Shown here: positions 16,470 to 25,511 of the stretch, one piece after another | How the letters are laid out: every line of letters starts with the position of its first letter | Position numbering within the stretch: the stretch's first letter is position 1 | Source: Moraxella nasovis | Lineage (GTDB): Bacteria > Pseudomonadota > Gammaproteobacteria > Pseudomonadales > Moraxellaceae | Reading direction: 5' to 3' | Length of the DNA: 32,000 nucleotides | NCBI RefSeq assembly: GCF_022701215.1 | Contig: NZ_CP089976.1 | Coordinates: 1,680,001 to 1,712,000, forward strand | Program-made: the position numbers and the translations under genes | The notes under the pieces: model-generated | The model's input: only the letters and a program-made list of their open reading frames with translations | Database searches by the model: none | Told to the model about the DNA's origin: nothing

Positions 16470-17474
16470 ATGAGTCTAAACCGTGAAAAGATAATGCACG
16501 CTTTTTTATCCGCCCAATTACCGCAGGGCTATCGGGTAGAAAGCTTGGCAGGAGATGCAAGTTTTCGCCGTTATCATCGCATTTATGCAGATGATGTTAC
16601 TTATTTATTGATGGATGCACCGCCAGATAAAGAAAGCGTGGCTGAGTTTATCCAAGTTGCTGACATCATGAGCCAAAAAATCAACGTGCCTGACATCATT
16701 GCTAAAGACATAGAGCAGGGGTTTTTGCTACTGCAGGATTTTGGAAGTGTTGAGTTTGCCCAAGCCATTTTAGAAGATGGGCGTAAAGATGATTTGTATC
16801 AAGATGCCTTAACGGTGCTAATCAGCTTGCAATCTATACCCACTCAAGTAGGGCTGCCTGACTATCATGCCGATAAGCTTAATCAAGAGATGAATTTATT
16901 TAGCGAATGGTTTTTACCTTATGTCGGTGTTAGGTTATCTACAGCTCAAGAAAGTCAGTGGTACGATCTAAAATCTGTCTTAATCGCTCAGATTTCTACC
17001 CACCCTAAAGTTATCGTTCATCGTGATTATCACAGCCGTAATCTGATGGTGGATAAGGGTAGTAAAAATTTAGGCGTGATTGACTTTCAAGATGCGGTGA
17101 TTGGAAGCGATGTCTATGACTTGGCAAGCTTAATTCGTGACGCTTATATCCGTGAAAGCGACGATTGGGTGTATGAGCAAATTAAGCAGTTTTATCACCT
17201 TAAAAACCCCAATATATCGCTTGATGAGTTCACCAAAAATGTCAATGTCATGAGTATGCAAAGACATCTAAAGGTGCTGGGAATTTTTATTCGTTTATCC
17301 AAGCGTGATGGTAAAGACAGGTATTTACAAGATATTCCTAAAGTCTTTAGCGACCTTATGCATACTGCCATGCGACTAAGCGATGAAAATACAGCCATCA
17401 AGGCATTTTATGATTGGCTACAGGCAGAAGTTTTACCCGCTTATCAGCGAAAGTTTGGCAATAAGACAGCATAA
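16470..17474 (+). CDS. amgK: Aminoglycoside-phosphotransferase-fold kinase, likely anomeric MurNAc/GlcNAc kinase AmgK
   Basis: GDASFRRYHRI N-terminal motif and HRDYHSRNLM...IDFQDA catalytic loop. It is followed 8 nt later by a MurU-like gene and is divergent from lptD, as in Pseudomonas. Confidence 0.7.
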   Translation: MSLNREKIMHAFLSAQLPQGYRVESLAGDASFRRYHRIYADDVTYLLMDAPPDKESVAEFIQVADIMSQKINVPDIIAKDIEQGFLLLQDFGSVEFAQAILEDGRKDDLYQDALTVLISLQSIPTQVGLPDYHADKLNQEMNLFSEWFLPYVGVRLSTAQESQWYDLKSVLIAQISTHPKVIVHRDYHSRNLMVDKGSKNLGVIDFQDAVIGSDVYDLASLIRDAYIRESDDWVYEQIKQFYHLKNPNISLDEFTKNVNVMSMQRHLKVLGIFIRLSKRDGKDRYLQDIPKVFSDLMHTAMRLSDENTAIKAFYDWLQAEVLPAYQRKFGNKTA

Positions 17475-17482
17475 GGGTTAAT

Positions 17483-18196
17483 ATGATTAAGCAGGCAATG
17501 ATTTTGGCGGCAGGCAAAGGTACTCGCATGCAGCCTTTGACGCTGACCACGCCAAAACCTTTGATTATGGTAGGTGATAAGCCGCTGATTGTTTGGCATA
17601 TAGAAAGATTAATCCGTGCAGGCGTGCAAGAGATTGTTATTAATATCGGCTATTTGGGGGAGCAGATTTATGATTATTTTGATACGCATACCTTTAAAGC
17701 GTGCATTAAAATTTCTGATGAGACGATGTTTGATGGTGCGTTAGAGACGGCTGGCGGTATTCGCTATGCACTTGATGGTAAGGTTTTATCTGATTTGCCA
17801 TTTTTGTTAATTAATGGTGATGTGTGGACAGACTTTAATCTTAGCTCATTACTTCACCACGATTTAAAAGATGATATGGCATACCTTGTGCTAACTAAGA
17901 ATCCTAGCCATAACCCTAATGGTGATTTTAATTTAGCTCATCATCGAGTTTACCAAAAGACAGCAGAGCAAGATTTTGGCGAGACTCTTACCTTTAGCGG
18001 TATTAGCCTTATATCCCCAAAACTTGTGGCCGATGTGCCACAAAACACCGCCATGCCACTTGCTCCTATCCTTAAAGCTGCTATGGATAAAGGTTTGGTT
18101 GGTGGTAAGAAAATGGATGATGATACCACTTGGATAGATGTCGGTACGATAGAGCGTCTAAATCAAGTTGAAAGCCACATCAAGCAAATAAAATAA
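17483..18196 (+). CDS. murU: Sugar-1-phosphate nucleotidyltransferase, likely MurNAc-alpha-1-phosphate uridylyltransferase MurU
   Basis: MILAAGKGTRMQPLTLTTPKPL (G-x-G-T-R nucleotidyltransferase loop), ETAGGI and INGDVWTD. Paired with amgK. Confidence 0.7.
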   Translation: MIKQAMILAAGKGTRMQPLTLTTPKPLIMVGDKPLIVWHIERLIRAGVQEIVINIGYLGEQIYDYFDTHTFKACIKISDETMFDGALETAGGIRYALDGKVLSDLPFLLINGDVWTDFNLSSLLHHDLKDDMAYLVLTKNPSHNPNGDFNLAHHRVYQKTAEQDFGETLTFSGISLISPKLVADVPQNTAMPLAPILKAAMDKGLVGGKKMDDDTTWIDVGTIERLNQVESHIKQIK

Positions 18197-18250
18197 AACT
18201 AATAAAATCAAACGCTTATCTATTTTTTTTAAATTCAATCAAAAAATTGT

Positions 18251-18278
18251 TTGACATCATTTTAAAATCACGTATAAT
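18251..18278 (+). promoter_or_regulatory. Near-consensus sigma70 promoter of the tRNA-Val/tRNA-Asp operon
   Basis: TTGACA (18251-18256), 16-nt spacer, TATAAT (18273-18278). Confidence 0.6.
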
Positions 18279-18345
18279 ACGCACCACAACGAAGGATACT
18301 TCGTAAGTATACCAAGATATGCCGATACATGATACGGTGTAGATT

Positions 18346-18421
18346 GGGCGGTTAGCTCAGTTGGTAGAGCGTCTGCCTTACAAGCAGAGGGTCAGCGGTT
18401 CAAGTCCGTTACCGCCCACCA
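18346..18421 (+). tRNA. tRNA-Val (anticodon UAC)
   Basis: Acceptor GGGCGGT/ACCGCCC, D-arm GCTCAGTTGGTAGAGC, anticodon loop CTTACAA, T-loop TTCAAGT, CCA encoded. Confidence 0.93.
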
Positions 18422-18448
18422 TATTGGATTGAAAGAATTCTAACTTTA

Positions 18449-18525
18449 GCAGCGGTAGTTCAGTTGGTTAGAATACCGGCCTGTCACGCCGGGGGTCGCG
18501 GGTTCGAGTCCCGTCCGCTGCGCCA
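18449..18525 (+). tRNA. tRNA-Asp (anticodon GUC)
   Basis: GCAGCGGTAGTTCAGTTGGTTAGAATACCGGCCTGTCACGCCGGGGGTCGCGGGTTCGAGTCCCGTCCGCTGCGCCA. Nearly identical in layout to enterobacterial tRNA-Asp. Confidence 0.93.
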
Positions 18526-18548
18526 TTTTACTGGGTTTTCCAGTTTAA

Positions 18549-18580
18549 CCCCAAGTCTCCCCGGGCTTGGGGATTTTTTT
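18549..18580 (+). terminator. Rho-independent terminator of the tRNA operon
   Basis: CCCCAAG-TCTCCCCGGG-CTTGGGG followed by ATTTTTTT. Confidence 0.75.
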
Positions 18581-19020
18581 ATGCCAAAATAGCCTAATTC
18601 ACGCCATCTTTTAAACAAGTGCTTTTGCTTAAATAAAGGGCTTTTACTGGCTAATTATCGTCAGCTAGGGCGTCAATGCGTTAAAATTAGTAGAGATTGG
18701 CGATAAAAATGCCAGTTAGCAAAAGGCTTATTTGGCAAAAGCTAGCCTAAGGCTTTGATTTGTTTTATGTATAAAACTATATAAAAATGATGTTGCCATT
18801 TGTGATTTGTATCATGTATAAATGGTTTGTAGTTTTTATGGATAGGCTATCTACCGTGAACGTAATATAAGAGCGATGTTAGGCGACTCATTGTAAGCAC
18901 TTGCTACTTGTGAAGTCCTAAAAAGCTTGCCCAGCTTTTTTAAGTGATGGGTAAGATAAGCACCATGCATTAAGTAGAGTAGCTGTTTGATTGATTGTCT
19001 ACGCATCAGTGAGTGGTTTT

Positions 19021-19050
19021 GGTGAACTTGTCTTTTATTGCAAGTTCACC
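19021..19050. terminator. Perfect 10-bp inverted-repeat hairpin just downstream of metG. Strand of action is uncertain.
   Basis: GGTGAACTTG, 10-nt loop, CAAGTTCACC. The U-rich tail (ATTATTTAT) is on the plus strand only. On the metG strand it is followed by AAAACC. Confidence 0.4.
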
Positions 19051-19087
19051 ATTATTTATGGGTGATAGGGTTTAGATATTGGCTGAT

Positions 19088-21142
19088 TTAGGCAAGCTTT
19101 GCCCCAACGACCATATCGTCAGGTAAAATAACTACCTGTAATTTGCCGTCTTTTTCTGCTGATAAGATCATGCCTTCAGATACGCCAAATTTCATTTTGC
19201 GCGGAGCAAGATTGGTAACGCAGACGACTTTTTTACCGCTTAGCTCTTCTGGTTTATAGAATTTGGCGATACCGCTAAAGACGTTACGAGTGCTTTCATC
19301 GCCAACATCTAAGGTAAACTGCAGCAGCTTGTCTGCTCCTTCTACATGATTACATTCTAGGACGTGAGCGACTGTCATTTCAACTTTAGCAAAGTCGTCA
19401 ATGCTGATAAATTCGTTATTCATTTGTGTATCCACTGCTTTGTTGGCTGTTTTATCTTTAGGTTTATCTTGGGCTAGGCTGTCTTTAGAGCTGTCTACCA
19501 TGGCATTGATTTTATCTTTTTCAATGCGTGCCATCAGCGGTTTAAAGGCGTTGATGGTATGACTGGTTAAAACCTGCTTGCGACTGGCAAAATTAAGGCT
19601 ATCCACGTTTAAAAACTCACAAGCATTTTTGGTTAAGACTGGCAAAACAGGAGCTAGATACACAGCTAATTGGCGAAAAATATTAATCGCCACTGTACAG
19701 ATGTCTTGCACTTCTTGGGCTTTACCATCTATTTTGTTTAATGCCCACGGTTTTTTATCGTCAATGTATGCGTTCGCCTTATCTGCACACGCCATAATAA
19801 GACGCATCGCACGGCTAAATTCACGGTTTTCGTAGGCGAGTGCAATCTCATCGCCAGCGTCAATAATGTCTTGTAATAACTGTGGTTCAGTGATGTTATC
19901 TGAGAGCTTGCCATCATGATTTTTATGAATGAATCCTGCTGAGCGAGAAGCGATATTAACCACTTTACCGACCAAGTCTGAATTGACTTTAGTCATAAAA
20001 TCATCTAAATCAAGATTAATATCTTCAACCGTATCAGATAATTTGCTTGCAAAATAATAGCGTAGATATTCAGGATTTAGATGCTCAAGATAAGTTTGTG
20101 CTTTGATGAATGTGCCACGAGATTTACTCATTTTCTCACCATTCACCATCAAAAATCCATGAGCATTCACTGCTGTTGGCGTGCGTAAGTTTGCCCCTTT
20201 TAGCATGGCTGGCCAAAATAGTGCGTGAAAATACACGATATCCTTACCAATGAAGTGGTATAGTTCTGCTGTGCTGTCTTGTTTCCAATATTCGTCAAAA
20301 TCAAGCCCTGTCTTATCGCATAAGTTTTTAAAGCTTGCCATGTAGCCAACAGGAGCGTCTAGCCACACATAGAAGTATTTATCAGGTTCATCAGCTGGGG
20401 TATTTGGAATCTTAAAGCCAAAATAAGGAGCGTCTCGGCTAATATCCCATGGAGCAAGTCCTGCTGTGAACCATTCGTCTAATTTGTTGGCAATTGATGA
20501 TTGTAGGCGGTTATCGGTGCGTGTCCATGATTTTAAAAATTCACTAAATTTTGGTAAGTCAAAGAAGTAATGCTTGCTTGACTTAATGACAGGCTTGGAT
20601 TTACTTAGAGTTGAGTAGGGGTTCTTTAGCTCGGTGGCGTTATAGGTAGTGCTACACACTTCACAGTTATCGCCGTACTGATCCTTTGCTGCACATTCTG
20701 GGCATTCGCCTTTAACGAAGCGATCCGCCAAAAAAAGCCCTTTTTCGGTATCAAACAACTGTTCGACATCTTTGGTAAAAATGTAGCCGCCTTGTTCTAG
20801 CTTGGTGTAGATATCTTGAGATAGGGCTTTATTTTCTGGGCTGTGCGTAGAATAATAGTTATCAAAGTCTATGTGAAAGCCTGCAAAATCCTTCTCATGG
20901 CTTGCCTTGACAGTGGCAATCTGCTCTTCTGGCGTAACGCCGTTGTCTTGAGCTTTTAGCATGATTGCCGTGCCGTGTGCGTCATCAGCACATACATAGG
21001 TGACGTGATGTCCTAGGGACTTCATGGCACGCACCCAGATATCTGTTTGGATGTATTCAACCAAATGCCCAAGGTGAATTGGTCCGTTGGCATAAGGCAG
21101 GGCGGAAGTGACTAGAATTTTACGTTGGGTTGAGACTGTCAT
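19088..21142 (-). CDS. metG: Methionyl-tRNA synthetase (long form with C-terminal tRNA-binding/EMAP domain)
   Basis: Class I signatures [17 protein letters not shown] (HIGH) and KMSKSRG (KMSKS). Zn knuckle CPECAA...CEVC. Confidence 0.97.
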   Translation of the reverse strand: MTVSTQRKILVTSALPYANGPIHLGHLVEYIQTDIWVRAMKSLGHHVTYVCADDAHGTAIMLKAQDNGVTPEEQIATVKASHEKDFAGFHIDFDNYYSTHSPENKALSQDIYTKLEQGGYIFTKDVEQLFDTEKGLFLADRFVKGECPECAAKDQYGDNCEVCSTTYNATELKNPYSTLSKSKPVIKSSKHYFFDLPKFSEFLKSWTRTDNRLQSSIANKLDEWFTAGLAPWDISRDAPYFGFKIPNTPADEPDKYFYVWLDAPVGYMASFKNLCDKTGLDFDEYWKQDSTAELYHFIGKDIVYFHALFWPAMLKGANLRTPTAVNAHGFLMVNGEKMSKSRGTFIKAQTYLEHLNPEYLRYYFASKLSDTVEDINLDLDDFMTKVNSDLVGKVVNIASRSAGFIHKNHDGKLSDNITEPQLLQDIIDAGDEIALAYENREFSRAMRLIMACADKANAYIDDKKPWALNKIDGKAQEVQDICTVAINIFRQLAVYLAPVLPVLTKNACEFLNVDSLNFASRKQVLTSHTINAFKPLMARIEKDKINAMVDSSKDSLAQDKPKDKTANKAVDTQMNNEFISIDDFAKVEMTVAHVLECNHVEGADKLLQFTLDVGDESTRNVFSGIAKFYKPEELSGKKVVCVTNLAPRKMKFGVSEGMILSAEKDGKLQVVILPDDMVVGAKLA

Positions 21143-21160
21143 GGGTTTTGCTCTAAAGTT

Positions 21161-21195
21161 ATAAAAATCCCCTAATTTTAACTTAAAATAGGGGG
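21161..21195 (-). terminator. Hairpin plus U-tract between sspB and metG (sspAB terminator and/or metG leader element)
   Basis: The minus strand reads CCCCCTA, 14-nt loop, TAGGGGA, then TTTTTAT. It ends about 20 nt upstream of the metG ATG. Confidence 0.4.
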
Positions 21196-21392
21196 AAAAT
21201 CACGCAAAATAGCATAAATGTAACTAAATTGCATAATTGATGCTTTTACCGATACATTCTTATCACGCTAAGTAACGGATCGCTATTTTTCTACTGTGTT
21301 CTTGTGTTAAACGCCAGTCAGCTTTTACTGTCGTAAGGCATGGTTGTATTAATAAAGTACATCTATCAATGTGCTTTAATTAAGATACATGC

Positions 21393-21791
21393 TTAATCCA
21401 CAAATCTTAGGGTTGGCTTTTTATCTGTTGGGCTATTTTTTGGGCTATCTGGTGGCGTGCTGTCATGTGCGTCATATTCGCTTGGGTCAAAGAAAAAGCC
21501 TTCGTTTGGGTCTTCTTTGGCATAAATCCCCATCGCTGCTGCCATCGGAATCCAGACATTTTGCGACACGCCACCAAATCGCCCTGCAAATGAAATGGCG
21601 TCATTATCAATCTGCAAGTTATTGGTTGCCTGATAGCTAATCGCAAGCACCAAGCGAGAATCTTGGGCATAATCAAGCGGTGCGACCACATCAGGGTGGG
21701 TGGCATCAACAAGTAGATAAGCGGTAAACTCGTTATCTTCAAGCCACTCATGCATGGCACGAATCATATAGGGGCGTTTTGGTTGGCTCAT
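21393..21791 (-). CDS. sspB: ClpXP adaptor, stringent starvation protein B
   Basis: RPYMIRAMHEWLEDNEFTAYLLVDA...LAISYQATNNLQIDNDAISFAGRFGG, an acidic/Pro linker, and a C-terminal ClpX-binding-like tail (PTLRFVD). It follows sspA. Confidence 0.9.
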   Translation of the reverse strand: MSQPKRPYMIRAMHEWLEDNEFTAYLLVDATHPDVVAPLDYAQDSRLVLAISYQATNNLQIDNDAISFAGRFGGVSQNVWIPMAAAMGIYAKEDPNEGFFFDPSEYDAHDSTPPDSPKNSPTDKKPTLRFVD

Positions 21792-21883
21792 GGGGCTATC
21801 CTTTTGGGTTTGTTAATGGGTTAATAGGTTTATCATCTGTGTGTTAGTTGATATGTGATGGGCGTTGTTACATTTATGATTGG

Positions 21884-22531
21884 CTAATGGTCTGTATTAT
21901 CAAGATAATTGGGCTTGAGTTTGGTGCTATTAATAAAACTTTTACGACAAAAAAGGCGTTTTTGATATTCTATAAGTGGTCTGCATAATGTAGCAGGTAG
22001 CTCAATGCCCATCTGTGGCAGTCGCCAAAGCAGGGGGGTGAGCAGTACATCGCACCAACCAAAGCTATCAGATAAGAAAAACTCATATTGCCCAAATAAT
22101 GGCGAGAGTGTGACAAGAGAGTCTGACAGCGTCTTTTTGGCTTGCTGTGCCGATGGCTCATCAAAGCTGTCTGGGTGAGTCAGTAGCGTGCGAGCTAGGA
22201 TTAGCCAGTCATGCTGTAATCGCCACGCTAATTGTCGCACATAGGCGCGCTCTTTTGGGGTGGCGGGGAGTAATTTGTCCGCACCGTGCCTATCTTCTAG
22301 GTATTCAAAAATGGTATTGATTTCATACAGGGTTAAATCACGTCCGACCAATATCGGTACTGTGCCATAGGGGTTTAATTCAGCAATCTCTTCTGGGCGG
22401 TCATCGGTTACTAAGGCAAGCTCATAGGGCAGATTTTTATGCTCTAATAATAGGCGTACCACATGACTGTCATAGCCATCATCGCCATACAGTACAAATT
22501 GGGTGGGTAAAAGGTGCGAAAAATCTGCCAT
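21884..22531 (-). CDS. sspA: Stringent starvation protein A (GST-like RNAP-associated regulator)
   Basis: LNPYGTVPILVGRDLTLYE and FFLSDSFGWCDVLLTPLLWRLPQMGIEL align closely with the E. coli SspA layout. Confidence 0.92.
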   Translation of the reverse strand: MADFSHLLPTQFVLYGDDGYDSHVVRLLLEHKNLPYELALVTDDRPEEIAELNPYGTVPILVGRDLTLYEINTIFEYLEDRHGADKLLPATPKERAYVRQLAWRLQHDWLILARTLLTHPDSFDEPSAQQAKKTLSDSLVTLSPLFGQYEFFLSDSFGWCDVLLTPLLWRLPQMGIELPATLCRPLIEYQKRLFCRKSFINSTKLKPNYLDNTDH

Positions 22532-22620
22532 TTTTGGGACTGTTCAAAATATCACTTAGTTTAGCAAATTTTGATAAAAAAGTGCAATCAATTTGAATGA
22601 TTTTGTTTGATTACCATACA

Positions 22621-22655
22621 AAAAAAACCCGCCCAATAGAGCGGATTTTTTTTGT
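22621..22655 (-). terminator. Terminator downstream of the autotransporter gene
   Basis: The minus strand reads ATCCGC-TCTATTGG-GCGGGT followed by T8. The stem is short. Confidence 0.5.
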
Positions 22656-22667
22656 AGGTTCTTAAAA

Positions 22668-23801
22668 TTAGAACTCGTAGTTTACACCGATGTTATAAGC
22701 AGTACCACCACTGTTGGTTGCTACACCAATTTTACCAGCAAGCTGTTCGTTATAACGATAGCCTGCACCGATGGCGATAGCAGATTCTGATTTATAACCA
22801 CCTAATGCAGCAGATAGGTTTACCTTGCCGATGTTATATGGTTGGAATAGACCAGCAAGGGCAGCTTGGGTCGCCATGCCTTGCTTGGTTGATTTTTCCA
22901 ATTTAGCAACGTCTGCTTTGGTAGCAAGATTGCTGGTGTTAATAGCAGCTGCTGGAGCGGCATTTATTAGAGCAAATTTAGCATCTGCCTCTGCTTTGGT
23001 GTATGCTTCACCTTTGTCAGCTTTTTTCGTAAGCTCAGTCTTATCAGCTTTACCAGCTAATTCTGATTTATCAGCTTTGTTAGCAAGGTCTTTGGCTTTG
23101 GCAAACTCGCTAGTATCAATTGTACCTGCTGGGGTAAGCTCACTTTTTAGAGCAAATTTTTTGTCTGCTTCAGCTTTGCTATACACATTGGTAGCTTCAG
23201 CTTTTCTGATATTGAGAAGTTCAATATTGATGGCGTTATTTAAAATACCTTCACGATCTTGGTTTATCTCTTTTGCCAAGCTATTGATGTGATCGTGGTT
23301 TATTGTGATCGCATCTCTGTTTGTTTGGATTTCTTCAGCGTGTTCGCTAACTGTTTCAATCAAGTCATCTTGTGCTTCTTCTAGATTTTTGATTTGCTCT
23401 GCTTGTAGTTCAAAATTCTCATCAGCACGAGCAAAACCTCTAGCAGTCAGCCCAGCCAGACCTTCTACCGCTGCACGGTTTTGTTGAATGCCTAATTCAT
23501 TTGCTTTGATGGCGTTAAAGTTATTTTCGATTGCAGCTTCGTTTTCATCAAAGCGTTCAACTGTATCTGTTAGGTAATCATATAGGCTTGGATCACCGCC
23601 TTCTTGATCAATATATGATGCCCATGAATCAAAATACTCATACCACGCTGGTGAATATTCTGCTGTGTGCCATTTAGCAGGAGCAGTATCTGCAGATTGA
23701 TCTGCTTGTGGATCAGTAGCTTGAGGGCTTTCTTGAGCGAAAGCTACACCAGCAATGGCAAGTAAGCTGGTTGCTAGTAGGGTTTTTTGAAGTTTTTTCA
23801 T
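22668..23801 (-). CDS. Small trimeric autotransporter adhesin (YadA-like C-terminal anchor, coiled-coil stalk)
   Basis: Signal peptide MKKLQKTLLATSLLAIAGVAFA-QE. The stalk has heptad-like low-complexity sequence with repeated Y(S/T)KAEAD(K/A)KFAL motifs. The C-terminal anchor is QAALAGLFQPYNIGKVNLSAALGGYKSESAIAIGAGYRYNEQLAGKIGVATNSGGTAYNIGVNYEF (four beta strands, terminal aromatic residue). GGAGA RBS. Confidence 0.85.
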   Translation of the reverse strand: MKKLQKTLLATSLLAIAGVAFAQESPQATDPQADQSADTAPAKWHTAEYSPAWYEYFDSWASYIDQEGGDPSLYDYLTDTVERFDENEAAIENNFNAIKANELGIQQNRAAVEGLAGLTARGFARADENFELQAEQIKNLEEAQDDLIETVSEHAEEIQTNRDAITINHDHINSLAKEINQDREGILNNAINIELLNIRKAEATNVYSKAEADKKFALKSELTPAGTIDTSEFAKAKDLANKADKSELAGKADKTELTKKADKGEAYTKAEADAKFALINAAPAAAINTSNLATKADVAKLEKSTKQGMATQAALAGLFQPYNIGKVNLSAALGGYKSESAIAIGAGYRYNEQLAGKIGVATNSGGTAYNIGVNYEF

Positions 23802-24732
23802 GAAGAGTCTCCATTGAGATTGAGTTTAAGGTTAAAGCCAAATTAATGGGGGGAGGTAACTATGGTCAATCTAATGAATGATACATTCAAAAATTATCCA
23901 CCCAATTACTATGCTAGTATTGGCATTTTAGCACTCTATCCTAAAAGCTTGTGTTTTGTTTATTGGGTTTATCAAGCGATTAGGCGACTGCTGGCTGTAC
24001 TTCAATTGCATACTGCATAGTAGTATAGTAACTGTCATCTTATTTGTTAGATAAATGAAACCAAACACATACATTTAAGATATAAATTAATTATACCAAT
24101 AATTTAACTTAGGTCAAGTGATTTCAAGGGATTATTTGTTACTTTGTTTGTGGTGTATGTGATGTTTTGTTAATGATGAGAGTGGTTTTTGATAAATGAG
24201 ACTTAATAGCCAAAATCTATGATAATACCCCATAAAAATTTTGGTGTTATTAGCTTTAAGAGTAAAGGTTGGGTCTTGCTGTCGCTTGAGCCAAGCTAAG
24301 ATAATTTGGAGTAGGGTAATGATTAGTTCATATCTAACAAACCATTATAATCAAAATCCACAAATCCATGTCATTTATAGTGATTTTGACAAAAATATAA
24401 TCAATTTATGCTAAAATTCGCTAAATAAAATTGAAATTATACAATTAACCACTTACCCTGAATGCAGCGATTTTAAACGAACCTGCCACCCCTAACTAAT
24501 TTATCGGTGTGTTGTGCCTTGCTCATCATTTTGAGCTTGAATTATTCGTTCGTCCTTATGTCGTAGCACAGTCAGTAAAGCTGTGACTGGCCGTACAAAA
24601 TGAATGACTAAATAAAAACACTCATATCATGAAAAATAGTATTAGTGAGATGGGCGTGTTTTTATCATAAGTTTCGCATTGGATTTAATTTATTAAAACA
24701 TTCATACTGTAATTTTGTGCTGTGATATTGAG

Positions 24733-24767
24733 CAAAAAAAATAGGCGGTGACTTAATCACCGCCTAT
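24733..24767 (-). terminator. Rho-independent terminator of petABC
   Basis: ATAGGCGGTGA-CTTAA-TCACCGCCTAT perfect 11-bp stem, with T7-8 on the minus strand. Confidence 0.85.
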
Positions 24768-24791
24768 TTGTATTTTGGATTAATCAGTGCA

Positions 24792-25511
24792 TTATTTCAC
24801 ATCTTTCCAGAATTCTTTATTTAGTAGATAAACAGGAACTAACAGGATAAGAAGGAATAAAATCACGAATACGCCATAGATCTTACGTTCATGACGCACA
24901 GGCTCAGCCATCCACGCCATGAAATTGACTAGGTCGCCAACTCTGTCTTTGTACTCTTGTTCGCCAAGTTCTTTTTGCATATTATGCAGCACATGTGGCA
25001 TAGCAGCGTTATGTAGTACTAGGTTATTAGCACCCCATGGACGGCTTGGATCTTCATAGAAACTTAATAGGTAAGTATATACCCAGTCATCCCCACGTAA
25101 GCGAGTCTCTAGCGATAAATCTGGCGGTGCTGCACCGAACCATTTGCCTTGGACTTCAGGATCGATTTTAGCGGTAATGTGATCGCCAATTTGATCGCTC
25201 GTTACCATTAAGTATTTTTCCATCAATTCTGGTGGAATATCTAGGTCTTTTGCGATGCGTGAGTGACGTACATATTGAGCTGAGTGACAGCCGACACAGT
25301 AGTTCATGAACATAGCAGCACCACGTTGTAGTGAGCCTTTGTTAGTGAGATCAATCGGTGCTGTACTACAAGCCAACGTGGTCTTAGTGCCATCAGCTTC
25401 GGTGTATTCACCACAGCCATGACCGCCTGACGCCATAGCAGGGGCAGAGATCATGCCAGCGGTTGCAAGCAGAAGACCTGCACCTAGTGCTTTTAGATTA
25501 AATGCTTTCAT
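24792..25511 (-). CDS. petC: Cytochrome c1 of the bc1 complex. The ORF extends to 25550, but the likely start is ATG 25511 (MKAFNLKALG...).
   Basis: Signal peptide, CVGCHS heme-binding motif and a C-terminal TM anchor. The TAATG junction overlaps the petB stop. Confidence 0.9.
   Translation of the reverse strand: MKAFNLKALGAGLLLATAGMISAPAMASGGHGCGEYTEADGTKTTLACSTAPIDLTNKGSLQRGAAMFMNYCVGCHSAQYVRHSRIAKDLDIPPELMEKYLMVTSDQIGDHITAKIDPEVQGKWFGAAPPDLSLETRLRGDDWVYTYLLSFYEDPSRPWGANNLVLHNAAMPHVLHNMQKELGEQEYKDRVGDLVNFMAWMAEPVRHERKIYGVFVILFLLILLVPVYLLNKEFWKDVK

Noticed and set aside
21389-21760. Two extra ORFs overlapping sspB (21389-21640 plus strand, 21407-21760 minus strand)
   Set aside because: They are alternate-frame or antisense ORFs inside a gene with a clear SspB translation. 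Their products are compositionally odd (Arg/Leu/His-rich).
22825-23292. Plus-strand 155-aa Ala/Leu/Ser-rich ORF (and 23305-23487) opposite the autotransporter gene
   Set aside because: It is a shadow ORF created by the low-complexity, Lys/Ala/Glu-rich coiled-coil codons on the other strand. It has no RBS or recognisable domain.
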